Source: Planctomycetota bacterium
GTDB taxonomy: Bacteria > Planctomycetota > UBA1135 > GCA-002686595
Assembly (NCBI GenBank): GCA_028823395.1
Contig: JAPKBO010000001.1
Location: 4,920-68,919, forward strand
DNA: 64,000 nt
Direction: 5' to 3'
Below are positions 41,429 through 50,838 of the stretch, one piece after another; positions within the stretch are counted from its first letter, which is position 1; every line of letters begins with the position of its first letter. The notes under the pieces are model-generated. The model was not told where the DNA came from. It did no database searches and saw only the letters and a list, made by a program, of their open reading frames with translations. A program made the position numbers and the translations under genes.

Positions 41429-42820
41429 CTAGATGCGTTTAGCTGCCCGGCCTCTGGACGCCTCGATCTCCTGGCGCCGGTCTTCGAAACCCGACCGCCC
41501 CATCAGGGCATAGGCCGCGATCTTCCCGGCCTCCACGCCGGGTTGGTCAAACGCATCTACGCCGTAGTGCTCCCCCATGACCGCCACGGCAAGCTCCATC
41601 ATGTACAGGTATTGCCCGACGGTGGCCGCGGTCACCTTGGGGAAGATCACATCCACGGAAGGACGACCCGCTTCGGTCAGGGCGATACGTGTGCCCTCAC
41701 GTTCGGCCTCAAACAACTCGTTGAGGGTCCGTCCGCCCAGATAGGCCAACGCATCCCGATCCGCGTAGGCACCAGGGATCCTGATGGTGTGGTCGGAGTT
41801 CTCCACGGACAAGAACGTGAACCACTTATCCGCGGGGCCTTCCGCGTAGAGCTGCACCTGGGAGTGCTGATCGGTGACGCCCACGGCGCGCACAGGGGTC
41901 GGGCCGACGAACACTTCCTGCCCGTCCTTTGAGTGCCGCTTGCCGATGGACTCTGCGAGCAGCTGGGCGTACCAATCTGCCAGGTCGCGCAGTCGCTGGC
42001 TGTAGGCGAAGGTCACGGCGATGTTCTTGTTGCCCTCTGATTGCATCAGCCATTGGATCGCCGCATAGACGAGGGCCGGGTTCTCCTCAAAGGGTGCCTC
42101 TTTGCAACGTGCATCCATGTCGACGGCACCAGCGGCTAGCCCGCGGATGTCGATGCCCACAAGCGCAGCGGACAGCAGTCCCACGGGAGAGAGCACACTG
42201 AAACGGCCACCGACGCCTTCGGGGACCACGAACGAGGCGTAGCCCTCTTCCTCCACGATAGGGCGCAGCACACCCTGGCTCCCATCGGTGGTCACCACCA
42301 CATGCCGCTTGTGATCCTCTTGGCCCACGGCCTCGATCAGCGCCTTCTGGAAGATCAGGAACTGACTCATGGTCTCCGCCGTGGAGCCGGATTTCGAAAT
42401 CACGTTGAAGAGGCAGGTGCGCGGATCCACGTGAGTCAGAAACTCGCCGATCCAGTCGGGATCAACGTTGTCGAGGACGTGCAAGCGCGGCAGATCCGCT
42501 GGGGGCTGCACGTCGTGGTAGGGACTATTCAGCGCCGTATGCAGGGCTCGAGGCCCCAGAGCGGAACCGCCGATTCCAAGCACGACCACGTTCTCGAACT
42601 GCCCGCGCACGGACGCAGCATAAGCCACGATCTCGTCGAGCATCTCGTCCTGGTGCGGCAGCTCGAGCCACCGTAGGTCTGTAGTGCGGCGCGCCTGCAC
42701 CGCGGACAAGGCAGCCATGGACGGCCCCGCCAAGGCCATCAGACGCTGTTCATCCAGCCCATGGGTCGGGCCGACAGAATCGGCCAGGATATGGGTGTAG
42801 TCCAGTTGAATGCGATCCAT
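41429..42820 (-). CDS. pgi: glucose-6-phosphate isomerase (short bacterial type)
   Basis: VVVLGIGGSALGPRAL, ISKSGSTAETMSQF, GGRFSVLSPVGLL and DQHSQVQLYAEGP. Confidence 0.9.
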   Translation of the reverse strand: MDRIQLDYTHILADSVGPTHGLDEQRLMALAGPSMAALSAVQARRTTDLRWLELPHQDEMLDEIVAYAASVRGQFENVVVLGIGGSALGPRALHTALNSPYHDVQPPADLPRLHVLDNVDPDWIGEFLTHVDPRTCLFNVISKSGSTAETMSQFLIFQKALIEAVGQEDHKRHVVVTTDGSQGVLRPIVEEEGYASFVVPEGVGGRFSVLSPVGLLSAALVGIDIRGLAAGAVDMDARCKEAPFEENPALVYAAIQWLMQSEGNKNIAVTFAYSQRLRDLADWYAQLLAESIGKRHSKDGQEVFVGPTPVRAVGVTDQHSQVQLYAEGPADKWFTFLSVENSDHTIRIPGAYADRDALAYLGGRTLNELFEAEREGTRIALTEAGRPSVDVIFPKVTAATVGQYLYMMELAVAVMGEHYGVDAFDQPGVEAGKIAAYALMGRSGFEDRRQEIEASRGRAAKRI

Positions 42821-42871
42821 GTGCGCGCAGAGCCTCGAACCCGTCGGGGAAATATGGGCAGATCGCGTTCC

Positions 42872-43549
42872 CTAGTCGCGGGAACGCATGATGAGATAGA
42901 GCAGAGTCGCGATCGAGGTCAAGGCTGAAGCTACGTAGGTCATGGCCGCTGCGTTGAGAACCTTGGAGACGCCTTGTTCCTCTTCCGCGTTGGCAACGAT
43001 TCCAGTCTCGACCAATACCAGCTTAGCCCGCCGCGAAGCGTCGAACTCAACGGGGAGTGTGACCAATTGGAAGACCACGGTGACACCGAAAATGAGGATA
43101 CCCACCGTGACCAGCGGCTTGATGCTGAGAATCATGCCGGCCATGAAGATCCAGATCCAACCGGTCGACCCAAACTGCGTGATGGGAACCATGAATGAGC
43201 GCAACCGCAGGGGCGCATAGGCCCGCGCATCCTGGATCGCATGCCCAGCTTCGTGCGCAGCCACGGCAACGGCCGAGATGGAGCGCCCTCCATACACATC
43301 GGGTGAGAGGCGCAGGACCCTGCCGCGCGGATCGTAGTGGTCGGAGAGGAACCCGCTGGACTGTTCGATGCGCACGGCAATCCCGGCCGAACGGGCCACA
43401 GCCGCTGCAGCCTCCGCGCCAGTCATTCCCGAGCGGACCCCCACACGGGAGAAGCGCTGGAACGTGGATTTCACACGGGCGCTGGCAACCATGGCGATGA
43501 GCATGAACGGCCCAACGAAAAGGAAATACAGGGGATCGAACAGGTACAT
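42872..43549 (-). CDS. YugP-type membrane zinc metallopeptidase
   Basis: MYLFDPLYFLFVGPFMLIAM..., then VAVAAHEAGHAIQD (HExxH) and C-terminal TM helices. Confidence 0.8.
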   Translation of the reverse strand: MYLFDPLYFLFVGPFMLIAMVASARVKSTFQRFSRVGVRSGMTGAEAAAAVARSAGIAVRIEQSSGFLSDHYDPRGRVLRLSPDVYGGRSISAVAVAAHEAGHAIQDARAYAPLRLRSFMVPITQFGSTGWIWIFMAGMILSIKPLVTVGILIFGVTVVFQLVTLPVEFDASRRAKLVLVETGIVANAEEEQGVSKVLNAAAMTYVASALTSIATLLYLIMRSRD

Positions 43550-43750
43550 GGCTGGAGTTCCGGGCCAGAGAGAGCGGACTGGAAGGAGGCAGGAGTGACA
43601 CGATAACCCTTTGGGCCGCTGGATCCACCCGGACAGGTGGCTCTGACCTGTCGGAACCCATGGAAAGGGCCTTCAGCGCGCCTCGACGGTCCCGCCATAG
43701 TTGGGCCTATGCCCCCAAAAGGTCGTTCGCTATCGTAAGGGTAAGCAAGC

Positions 43751-43771
43751 AACCGGGTTTCCCTCCCGGTT
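43751..43771. promoter_or_regulatory. inverted repeat AACCGGG-N7-CCCGGTT in the divergent promoter region, candidate MerR operator
   Basis: Read directly. Lies 32 nt upstream of the MerR ATG, between the divergent peptidase and regulator genes. Operator function is inferred only. Confidence 0.25.
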
Positions 43772-43802
43772 CCTCAAGTGGCCCTATTCTCATCTAACCG
43801 CC

Positions 43803-44276
43803 ATGCCCGACTCCACCGAACTACTCAAAATCGGCAAGTTCGCCGAACTCGCAAAGACCAACTTACGCACTCTCCGCTACTACGAGGAATTGGGGCTAGT
43901 CACGCCGTCCCGTCGTAGCAAGGGAGGCTTCCGTTTCTACCGCCCCACGGATCTCGCCCGCGTCCAGTTGATCCAATTCCTTCAGGAGTTGGGCCTACCA
44001 CTGGAGGAGATCGGGACTTCCCTCAAGGGAATTCCTGACGCCAGCTTGCGCGGAGAATGGCTGACGCGACTTCGGAAGATCCTGAAACAGCAGGAGGATC
44101 TGATCCAGAAGCGCATCGATGCCCTAAAAGCCCAAAGCAATCTGGTCGAAGGGTCCTTGAAGCACCTCGACATGTGTGAGACGTGCGAGCACTATCCTCG
44201 GGCGAGTAACAATTACTGCGAGCCCTGTCAGAGTTCGGGCTCCCCCCTGCCCAACCTTCTAAGCGCACTTTTCTAG
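43803..44276 (+). CDS. MerR-family transcriptional regulator with C-terminal CxxC-x10-CxxC
   Basis: LKIGKFAELAKTNLRTLRYYEELGLVTPSRRSKGGFRFY (MerR HTH), a coiled-coil dimerisation helix, and C-terminal CETCEHYPRASNNYCEPC. Start trimmed to MPDSTE. Confidence 0.85.
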   Translation: MPDSTELLKIGKFAELAKTNLRTLRYYEELGLVTPSRRSKGGFRFYRPTDLARVQLIQFLQELGLPLEEIGTSLKGIPDASLRGEWLTRLRKILKQQEDLIQKRIDALKAQSNLVEGSLKHLDMCETCEHYPRASNNYCEPCQSSGSPLPNLLSALF

Positions 44277-44330
44277 CCTCTCCCGGGCACGATTTCTGCC
44301 GAACTCACGCCCGTGCATCGGCCAAGCCCC

Positions 44331-45479
44331 ATGCAGCGCATTTACCTGGACAACAACTCCACCACCCGGCCGGCACCGGAAGTGGTTGAGGCTATGGCCC
44401 CGTGGATGCATGAGCGGCACGCCAACCCGTCGAGCCCCCACCCAGCCGGCGAAGCGAGCGCTGACGCCATCCGTGCAGCCCGTGGTCAGGTGGCCTCGCT
44501 CCTGAACTGCAGCCCCTCGGAAGTCTGCTTCACTTCCGGTGCCAGCGAGAGCATCGCCACCGCGTTCGCGTCAGCCCAGGCCACAGCACCCGAAGCGCGC
44601 CGCAAGCTGATCGTCTCCCATGCCGAACACAGCGCCGTAAAGTACAACGCGCAACGAGCAGAAGAAGAGGGATGGGACCTGGCCGTCATCGGCGTGGACG
44701 AAGAAGGGCAACTGGACCGCGAGCGGCTGCTGTCCGAAATCGATTCCTCCTGCGCTTTCGTCTCCCTGATCCTCGCCAACAATGAGACTGGAGTACTCAG
44801 CGACCTGCAGGGGGTGGGCGAAGCCTGCCGCTCGGCCGGCGCGAGCTTGCATGTGGATGCCGTTCAGGCCCCAGGCAAAATGGAGTTGGACGTGGGTAAC
44901 CTCGACTGCGACTTCCTCTCCCTTTCGGCCCACAAGTTTCATGGCCCCGCGGGCGTGGGGATCCTCTACGTGCGGTCAGGCCAGACCTTCCGCCCATTGA
45001 TTGTCGGGGGCCCCCAGGAAGATCAGCGCCGTGCCGGAACCGAGAACGTCGCAGCTGTTGTGGGACTGGGGGTCGCAGCTCAACTGGCCCATACCCGCAG
45101 CCTCGACACAACGAGCCTGGCAAGCATGGAACTGCTACGGGATACCCTTGAACAGCGTCTATTGGCATCCCTGCCCGGCTCCAGGGCCAATGGCGCTGGG
45201 AGCCTGAGGGTTCCCAGCACTTCAAACCTCTACCTGGGGGGACTCGAGGCAGCCTACGTTCTGGCCGTGATCGGGCAGGATGGAGTGGACGCCTCGGCGG
45301 GGTCGGCCTGCAACGCCACGAGCACCGCACCCTCACCTGTACTGATGGCCATGGGCCGCAACGAGGCTCAAGCTTCCGGGAGCTTGAGGTTCTCGCTCTC
45401 TGCCCACACGACCGCAGAGGAGATCGACCGGACGGGCGACATAGTGATCGCCGCCGTGCAAGCTCTCAGGTCTCTGTGA
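44331..45479 (+). CDS. cysteine desulfurase (class V aminotransferase, NifS/IscS-like)
   Basis: MQRIYLDNNSTT..., SLSAHKFHGPAGVGILYV (PLP Lys), RAGTENVAAVVG and an active-site SGSAC-like GSAC. Confidence 0.85.
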   Translation: MQRIYLDNNSTTRPAPEVVEAMAPWMHERHANPSSPHPAGEASADAIRAARGQVASLLNCSPSEVCFTSGASESIATAFASAQATAPEARRKLIVSHAEHSAVKYNAQRAEEEGWDLAVIGVDEEGQLDRERLLSEIDSSCAFVSLILANNETGVLSDLQGVGEACRSAGASLHVDAVQAPGKMELDVGNLDCDFLSLSAHKFHGPAGVGILYVRSGQTFRPLIVGGPQEDQRRAGTENVAAVVGLGVAAQLAHTRSLDTTSLASMELLRDTLEQRLLASLPGSRANGAGSLRVPSTSNLYLGGLEAAYVLAVIGQDGVDASAGSACNATSTAPSPVLMAMGRNEAQASGSLRFSLSAHTTAEEIDRTGDIVIAAVQALRSL

Positions 45480-45525
45480 GAGCCCCGACACCGTTCGGCT
45501 CGCAGGAGATTCTGCGGCGCCCCTG

Positions 45526-45559
45526 GAGCGAGAGAGATTTTCTGCGCTCTCTCTCGCTC
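45526..45559. terminator. 12-bp GC-rich hairpin between convergent genes (possible bidirectional terminator)
   Basis: GAGCGAGAGAGA-loop-TCTCTCTCGCTC, read directly. No clean T-run on either side. Confidence 0.4.
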
Positions 45560-45567
45560 GCCTGAAA

Positions 45568-46131
45568 CTACTTGTTCTCTGAGTGCTCGTGCGAATTGAG
45601 GTGCTTGAGGTCCTCGGCAGTAAAGTAACCGGCGCTGAATTCGCTGGCCGCCTTGCGCAGTGCATCCACGTGAGACTTGTCCGTGGTCTGCTTGCACTTC
45701 ATCGCCGCAACAGTGATCTGATGCATGCTCTTCAGTTGAGCGTAGTACTTGTCAATGCCATCATCGAGGCCTGAGGTCCTGATGAAGTCCTTGGGTGCCT
45801 TGATGCGCTGAGCGAGCCAGTACGCGGCAACCGTGTCTTGAATGCTCTGAGCATGTTGCTCCTTGGTCATGACCCAGCGAACCATCTGGTTCTTGCTAGG
45901 GCTCTCTTCGGCGTCCATGGCCTGCAGAGTCGTCATTGCCTTCTCGATGGTGGCGCAATCTTCCATGAGCATGTCGATGCGCATCTTGTCGCCGTAGATT
46001 CCGCACGGAACCTGGCAATGAAGAGGCGCCACGGTATGAACCGCAGGAGTCGTCGGCGTTCCCACGGAAGGAGAACTGTTGACGATGGATACGGATGCGA
46101 TAAGAGCGCTGAGGGCTAGGAGGGTCTTCAT
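45568..46131 (-). CDS. sodN: nickel superoxide dismutase precursor with a 37-aa Sec-like leader
   Basis: Ni-hook HCQVPCGIYGD sits directly after MKTLLALSALIASVSIVNSSPSVGTPTTPAVHTVAPL. The remainder is four-helix-bundle-like (AAYWLAQRIK...). The tracked ORF extends to 46725; I trimmed it to the ATG at 46131. Confidence 0.85.
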   Translation of the reverse strand: MKTLLALSALIASVSIVNSSPSVGTPTTPAVHTVAPLHCQVPCGIYGDKMRIDMLMEDCATIEKAMTTLQAMDAEESPSKNQMVRWVMTKEQHAQSIQDTVAAYWLAQRIKAPKDFIRTSGLDDGIDKYYAQLKSMHQITVAAMKCKQTTDKSHVDALRKAASEFSAGYFTAEDLKHLNSHEHSENK

Positions 46132-46521
46132 GTCGTGAGGCTTTTCTCTGGTGAAATAAGGGGAGCTAACCGTGAGGGCGAGGATCATAGCAGGACACCG
46201 CTCAGGGTCCGGAACTGGAGCGGTCCACCCGATACTCCAGTCGACGCACCCGCTCCTCCCGACAGAATGCCCGGAATTGGAACCAAATCTGAGCCCGTCC
46301 CGACCCCCAGGCAGCCCCGACCACGCGGTCTGGGGCCCGGCGGCCCCCCCACTTGAACCTGCCCCTTTGGCCCAATAGGTGGTGTTTCGCCTGTGGCCAG
46401 CCATTGGGATGGGCCAAGGGGGTGCCGAGAGGAGCCATATAGGGCTACACCTCCCCCCGGTCCCAATCCGATAACATCCCCTGTCCCCTACCCCGTCGAC
46501 CCGTCTTTGCCCGATTCGCCC

Positions 46522-47070
46522 ATGGCTAAACCCCTGCGAACCCTTATCACCAGAGTCCGAGGATTCTGGAACCCCGTGCACACCATTTTGGAAGCCGATG
46601 GCAGCGCCGTAGGCATTCTCAAGGTGCGCCGCAATCGCTGGGGCCTCGTTCTGGGAGCCGAGTATCGGCCCGAAGAGGGCGAGGTGCTGCAATTCCGGCG
46701 AGACCCGGGAATTCTGAGGGCCCAATTTTCACTGTGGACCGAGGATGGGGAGTGGCTTGGATCGTCCCTGCGCTGGCACGTAGGGCGGCGTCAGATCGAT
46801 CTTTGGACCGGAAGCAAACCCTACCGGGTTGTGCCCCGTAAGGGTCTTGGTCGGGGCTGGCGAGTCATCGCGAGCCGAACGGGAGAAGTTGCCACCATCC
46901 GCCTCGGCCTCTTGGGCCGTGCCGCGCGCATTGATCTACAGCGCAAGATGGACCCGGAACTGCTCCTGTTTAGCTACTTCCTCGGCTCCCTTACTTCCAA
47001 TGAGTCCTTCTACCCTTCCTGGCTCGATCGAACGATCCCTAGCCCAGCTAGACCGTCGACCTCGAGCTAA
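46522..47070 (+). CDS. hypothetical protein (possible LURP-one/tubby-like beta-barrel)
   Basis: Start trimmed to MAKPLRTL. No catalytic motif recognised. Beta-rich alternation (ILEADGSAVGILKVRRNRWGLVLGAEY...). Confidence 0.45.
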   Translation: MAKPLRTLITRVRGFWNPVHTILEADGSAVGILKVRRNRWGLVLGAEYRPEEGEVLQFRRDPGILRAQFSLWTEDGEWLGSSLRWHVGRRQIDLWTGSKPYRVVPRKGLGRGWRVIASRTGEVATIRLGLLGRAARIDLQRKMDPELLLFSYFLGSLTSNESFYPSWLDRTIPSPARPSTSS

Positions 47071-47239
47071 CCCTAGAGCCCCTCAGGGGGGAGGAAGCCC
47101 CCTCAAGCGCCCTCAGGGCGTTTCTCAAACACATTCTCCTAACACAAGGAAGAGCGAGCCCGAAGGCTCGTCGTAATCCAGCGAGAGCACCGCCCAGTAG
47201 CCTTGCCTCGTGCCCCTCACCCGCCACCCACCAGCCATC

Positions 47240-49207
47240 ATGCGCCCGTTCCCCGTACTAGTCCTCGTCGTTGCCGCCCTCGGAGTTTTCTATCTGGCCT
47301 TCTTCTCAGGAGAAGACGCCAACGGCCCCGGTCCGGCCGCGCCCATTCACACGGCGCCCCAAGGCCCTGCGGTATCCAACGCCCAGGACGAAACACCGGC
47401 GGAGCTGCAGAAGCCCAGCAACAATGGCGGCTTGGCCGAAGTGCCCGCTGCCGTTGACCGCCAGAACGTCGAGCCCCCGCACGCCATCCTGGCCAACTCC
47501 ATCAGCGGCCGAGTGCTTGCAGGCGGCAAGGGAGTCAAGGGAGCTACAGTCACCCTGACCAAGTACGGACGCATGGCAAGCCTCTTTGGCCCGGTCTCTG
47601 GCGACCAGCGGGACGGAGATCGAGCCGTGGAAACCGACGAGAAGGGCGCATTCGTCTTTCGGAACGTGGACACCTACACCGAACTTTCGCTCATCGCCAA
47701 GCACCCAGACCTGGGGCGCAAGGAAGAAGGCAACCTCCAAATTGCCGAGGGCGAGGCGCGTGAAGGTCTCGTCATCACCCTGGGCGACGGCGTCCGGCTT
47801 CATGGCAGCGTAAACGACACCTCGGGCAATCCCATCCCCGGAGCATCGTTGCTGCTGGGCATGGCCAGTCTGGGCTCGATCTCGGATGAGGATAGCCCCG
47901 ACATTCTCTCGGCCACCTCTTCACCGGACGGCTCCTTTGAGTTTGCCAGCGTGGACAACGGCAACTACTCCATGACGGTTCAAGCAGAGGGTTTTGGGCG
48001 TGTGACCATTCAGCAGATGAACGTCACCGGTCAGGCAGCCGTTAGGCGCGATGTAATTCTGGACGTCGCGTACATGATCGGAGGCACCGTTCTGTCTGAT
48101 GAAGGCCTACCGCTCGCCAAGGCGACAGTGCAAGCCTTCTCAATGACCAATAGGGCTGAAACGACACGCTCCGCGGTCGAAACTAATACCGCCGGTGAAT
48201 TCCTCTTTGATGACGTGAGCGAAGGCGTTTACACGTTGATGTTCATCGCTGATGGCTACAAGAACGAGCGGGAGCCGCGGGTAGAGACGGGTGAAATGGC
48301 GCTGAGCAAGACCATGACTCCCCTACCCCAGATCCGGGGTCGAGTTGTGGACGGCCTAGGAGAGCCTGTCCCCAACTTCACCGTGCTACTGCGCAACCCC
48401 GTGCAGAACACCGATACCACAATGGCCATGCCTGACACGGCCAAGCACGTGAAGGGCGCCAAAGATGGCGCCTTCGTCCTCTCCTGCCCCAACCGCGGAA
48501 CCTTCGTGGTGGAAGCCAAGGACGACAAGCACGCGCCCTCATTCTCCGAGCCCTTTGAGATCGTCTACGGACAGGAGATCACAGGCATTGTTGTTCAACT
48601 GAGCGAGGGCGGGATCTTGCGCGGCCGAGTGGTGGACGCCAAGGGTCAAGGCATTCCAGGCGCCAGGATCAAGACCCACGACACCGAGTACTCCGACGAC
48701 CCCTTCTGGCGCAGCCTGCCGGCATTCCCCTCCGAAGCCACGGAGAAGGAGGTGCGCACCAACGCCAGTGGTGATTTCGAGATCGCCGGTCTATCAGCCG
48801 CCACGTACCAGGTTGACGTGCGCCACGCGAAGTTCGCCCAGACCATCAAGACTGGTGTCGTCGTGGTGGAAGGAGACATGGTGGAATTGCCCGAAATCCA
48901 ACTGTCCGCGGGTGCGACCATCAGCGGCACCGTACATGGACCCAGCGGAGCAGGGCTTTCTGGCGCCATGGTGCAACTACAACTTGAAGGGGGCGCTGAC
49001 GAGGTCCAGGTCAACTTGACAACTCGCACCGACGGCGAGGGCCGCTACACCTTCAGTCACGTGCCCGCCGGTTCCTACCACATCCACGCCCAACGTCGTG
49101 GCAGTGACAATCCATTCCAGGGCAGCCTGGATCTGCAGAAGACGAAGAAGCGCATCTCCGTTAGCGAGGGCGACTCCTACGTGCAGGAATTCAACATCAG
49201 TAACTGA
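47240..49207 (+). CDS. membrane-anchored protein with about six carboxypeptidase-regulatory-like (CarboxypepD_reg) beta-sandwich repeats
   Basis: N-terminal TM MRPFPVLVLVVAALGVFYLAFF. Recurrent I(S/R)G(R/T)V.D..G.P(I/V).GA.V motif six times, for example ISGRVLAGGKGVKGATVTL, IRGRVVDGLGEPVPNFTVLL, LRGRVVDAKGQGIPGARIKT and ISGTVHGPSGAGLSGAMVQL. Confidence 0.7.
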   Translation: MRPFPVLVLVVAALGVFYLAFFSGEDANGPGPAAPIHTAPQGPAVSNAQDETPAELQKPSNNGGLAEVPAAVDRQNVEPPHAILANSISGRVLAGGKGVKGATVTLTKYGRMASLFGPVSGDQRDGDRAVETDEKGAFVFRNVDTYTELSLIAKHPDLGRKEEGNLQIAEGEAREGLVITLGDGVRLHGSVNDTSGNPIPGASLLLGMASLGSISDEDSPDILSATSSPDGSFEFASVDNGNYSMTVQAEGFGRVTIQQMNVTGQAAVRRDVILDVAYMIGGTVLSDEGLPLAKATVQAFSMTNRAETTRSAVETNTAGEFLFDDVSEGVYTLMFIADGYKNEREPRVETGEMALSKTMTPLPQIRGRVVDGLGEPVPNFTVLLRNPVQNTDTTMAMPDTAKHVKGAKDGAFVLSCPNRGTFVVEAKDDKHAPSFSEPFEIVYGQEITGIVVQLSEGGILRGRVVDAKGQGIPGARIKTHDTEYSDDPFWRSLPAFPSEATEKEVRTNASGDFEIAGLSAATYQVDVRHAKFAQTIKTGVVVVEGDMVELPEIQLSAGATISGTVHGPSGAGLSGAMVQLQLEGGADEVQVNLTTRTDGEGRYTFSHVPAGSYHIHAQRRGSDNPFQGSLDLQKTKKRISVSEGDSYVQEFNISN

Positions 49208-49272
49208 CCGGATGAGCACGACTGGATAGCTGGGGCTTGCCCTCTAGGTATCGCCCAAGCATTCTGTCCAGC

Positions 49273-50091
49273 ATGGCTGCCTCGCTCCCTCTGGACCCCT
49301 CCAAGGATGCGGGTGGTTGCCCCACGACCGAGGACTGGACGGAATTGCTGATCGAGACCCTACGCCGACCCGTGCAGGTCAGTTACGGGACTTCGCGCAC
49401 GGTGCCCGTTCGGGCACAAGAGAAGGGCCAACCGCCCGTATTCTGCGTACGCCTACATCGGTCCTTCTCCGAAGCACCCATGGACGTTTGTGAGGCCCTA
49501 GCCCGCTGGTTACTAGTGGGACGCCGCGCCCGCAAAGCCTGCACACTCCTCGACGATTGGATCGATCAGCGCATGCAGCGTGAGCCGGTGCCCCCACACT
49601 CCGCTCCTACCCTGCACCCCGATGGCACGACGTACGACCTCGGCACCCTGGCACAAGAGGTCTTGGCCCAGTGCTTCGAAGGCCATTTTGGAGAGGGTCG
49701 CCCCATTCCAGAACTGACCTGGGGCCGCCGGGCGCGCAGTCGCAGCCGTCACTCCCTGCGCCTGGGGAGCTTCGACCCACTCACCCACGTGATACGTCTG
49801 CACCCCGTCCTCGATCAAGCGGAGGTCCCGCGCTGGTTCGTGTGCTTCGTCCTCGCCCACGAACTACTCCACGCTAAATGGCCCCCCAAGCGCGGAAGCG
49901 GTCGGCGCTGGATTCACCACGGAGCCCAATTCCGAGCAGAAGAAGCCGCCCATCCGGACTTCGAGCGCGCTCATGAATGGGAGAAGTTGCAGCTACCGGG
50001 CCTCATCCGGAGCGCGCGACAGGGCACCACCTTCCGGGCCAAGAGAAGCCGCAGGCTTCGGGATCTGATCGGTCGCAAGGGCGGCCGCTGA
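49273..50091 (+). CDS. SprT/YgjP-like HExxH zinc metalloprotease-like protein
   Basis: FVLAHELLHAKWPPKRGSGRRWIHHGAQFRAEE. Start trimmed to MAASLP. Family assignment is tentative. Confidence 0.55.
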   Translation: MAASLPLDPSKDAGGCPTTEDWTELLIETLRRPVQVSYGTSRTVPVRAQEKGQPPVFCVRLHRSFSEAPMDVCEALARWLLVGRRARKACTLLDDWIDQRMQREPVPPHSAPTLHPDGTTYDLGTLAQEVLAQCFEGHFGEGRPIPELTWGRRARSRSRHSLRLGSFDPLTHVIRLHPVLDQAEVPRWFVCFVLAHELLHAKWPPKRGSGRRWIHHGAQFRAEEAAHPDFERAHEWEKLQLPGLIRSARQGTTFRAKRSRRLRDLIGRKGGR

Positions 50092-50103
50092 GGTCCGCCT
50101 TTC

Positions 50104-50838
50104 CTAGCCGCCGTACTCTTTCGCCGTGTCTTCCTGGTCAGCACCCGTAAGGCACATTCCGAGCACGTTTCCGCCCAGCGCTTCAAGCCCGTTGTGCGCC
50201 TCTTCCACATAGTGTCGGGGCGTCTTGCCCAAGCGCACGACAAGCAGGATCCCATCCGCGATGGCACCCAACAGGCTAGCGTCGGAGTAGGTCATCGTGG
50301 CCGGCGTGTCGATCAGTACGTAGGAGTAACGCTGACGGACCTGGTTGAGCAAGGAACGCATGCGATCGGAGCCCAGGAGTTCTGAGGGATTGGAAGGCAA
50401 GCAGCCCGCCCCCATCACGGAGACTCCACCCACAGAGGTCTGGCGAATCGCCTGATCGAGAGTCAGTACACCGGACAACACTTCGGTCAGACCCTGGCGA
50501 CGCGGCAGCCCGAGGACAGATTCCAAAGCGGGGTTGTGAAGGTCCGCATCCACGATAAGAACTTCATTCCCAGGCAGCTCTGCCATGGCAGCGGCAAGGT
50601 TGATCGTCGCAACAGTTTTACCCTCCCCGCGTAAGGCACTGGCCATCACCAAAGTGTGGGACGCCCCATCGGTGTTGAGAGCGTGAATCGAGTTGCGCAG
50701 CGAGCGGAACTGCTCGGATATCTGCTCGCGCGGCTCATGAGCAATAACAACTTCCTCACGCTTGATGGGGAGGTTGACCGCCTCGCCGGGCTCAGCCGGC
50801 TTGAGTGCGGTGTTTTTCTGGGAGAAGGGATGGGCCAT
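50104..50838 (-). CDS. CpsD/CapB-type BY-kinase-like P-loop ATPase (no TM activator domain)
   Basis: Walker A SALRGEGKT, Walker A' VLIVDADL, Walker B YVLIDTPA, and SNPSELLGS. Start trimmed to MAHPFS (50838); 50889 is an alternative. Confidence 0.75.
   Translation of the reverse strand: MAHPFSQKNTALKPAEPGEAVNLPIKREEVVIAHEPREQISEQFRSLRNSIHALNTDGASHTLVMASALRGEGKTVATINLAAAMAELPGNEVLIVDADLHNPALESVLGLPRRQGLTEVLSGVLTLDQAIRQTSVGGVSVMGAGCLPSNPSELLGSDRMRSLLNQVRQRYSYVLIDTPATMTYSDASLLGAIADGILLVVRLGKTPRHYVEEAHNGLEALGGNVLGMCLTGADQEDTAKEYGG

Noticed and set aside
43550-43802. Possible tRNA or ncRNA in the 250-bp peptidase/MerR intergenic region (also 37773-37950 and 28117-28377)
   Set aside because: I could not fold a cloverleaf or find conserved T-loop or anticodon features. 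Only short palindromes are present, including CCGGACAGGT...ACCTGTCGG at about 43628-43652, consistent with promoter or operator DNA.
46132-46725. 198-aa N-terminal extension of the sodN ORF
   Set aside because: The extension has Gly/Pro/Arg-rich composition without features. The NiSOD precursor starts sensibly at MKTLLAL (46131), so 46132-46521 is treated as intergenic or promoter. I saw no convincing structured RNA there, only a 7-bp ACTGGAG/CTCCAGT stem.
47108-47123. Hairpin CGCCC-TCA-GGGCG followed by TTTC after the hypothetical gene at 46522..47070, as a terminator
   Set aside because: It has only a 5-bp stem, a 3-nt loop and a short T-run, which is too weak to call. The nearby CGAGCC-CGAA-GGCTCG stem (about 47153-47170) lacks a T-run.
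47240-49207. Treating the two CarboxypepD_reg-repeat proteins (47240..49207 and 57000..58355) as a linked system
   Set aside because: They are 8 kb apart and separated by unrelated housekeeping genes. They share only a common beta-sandwich repeat type, and I see no evidence of functional coupling.
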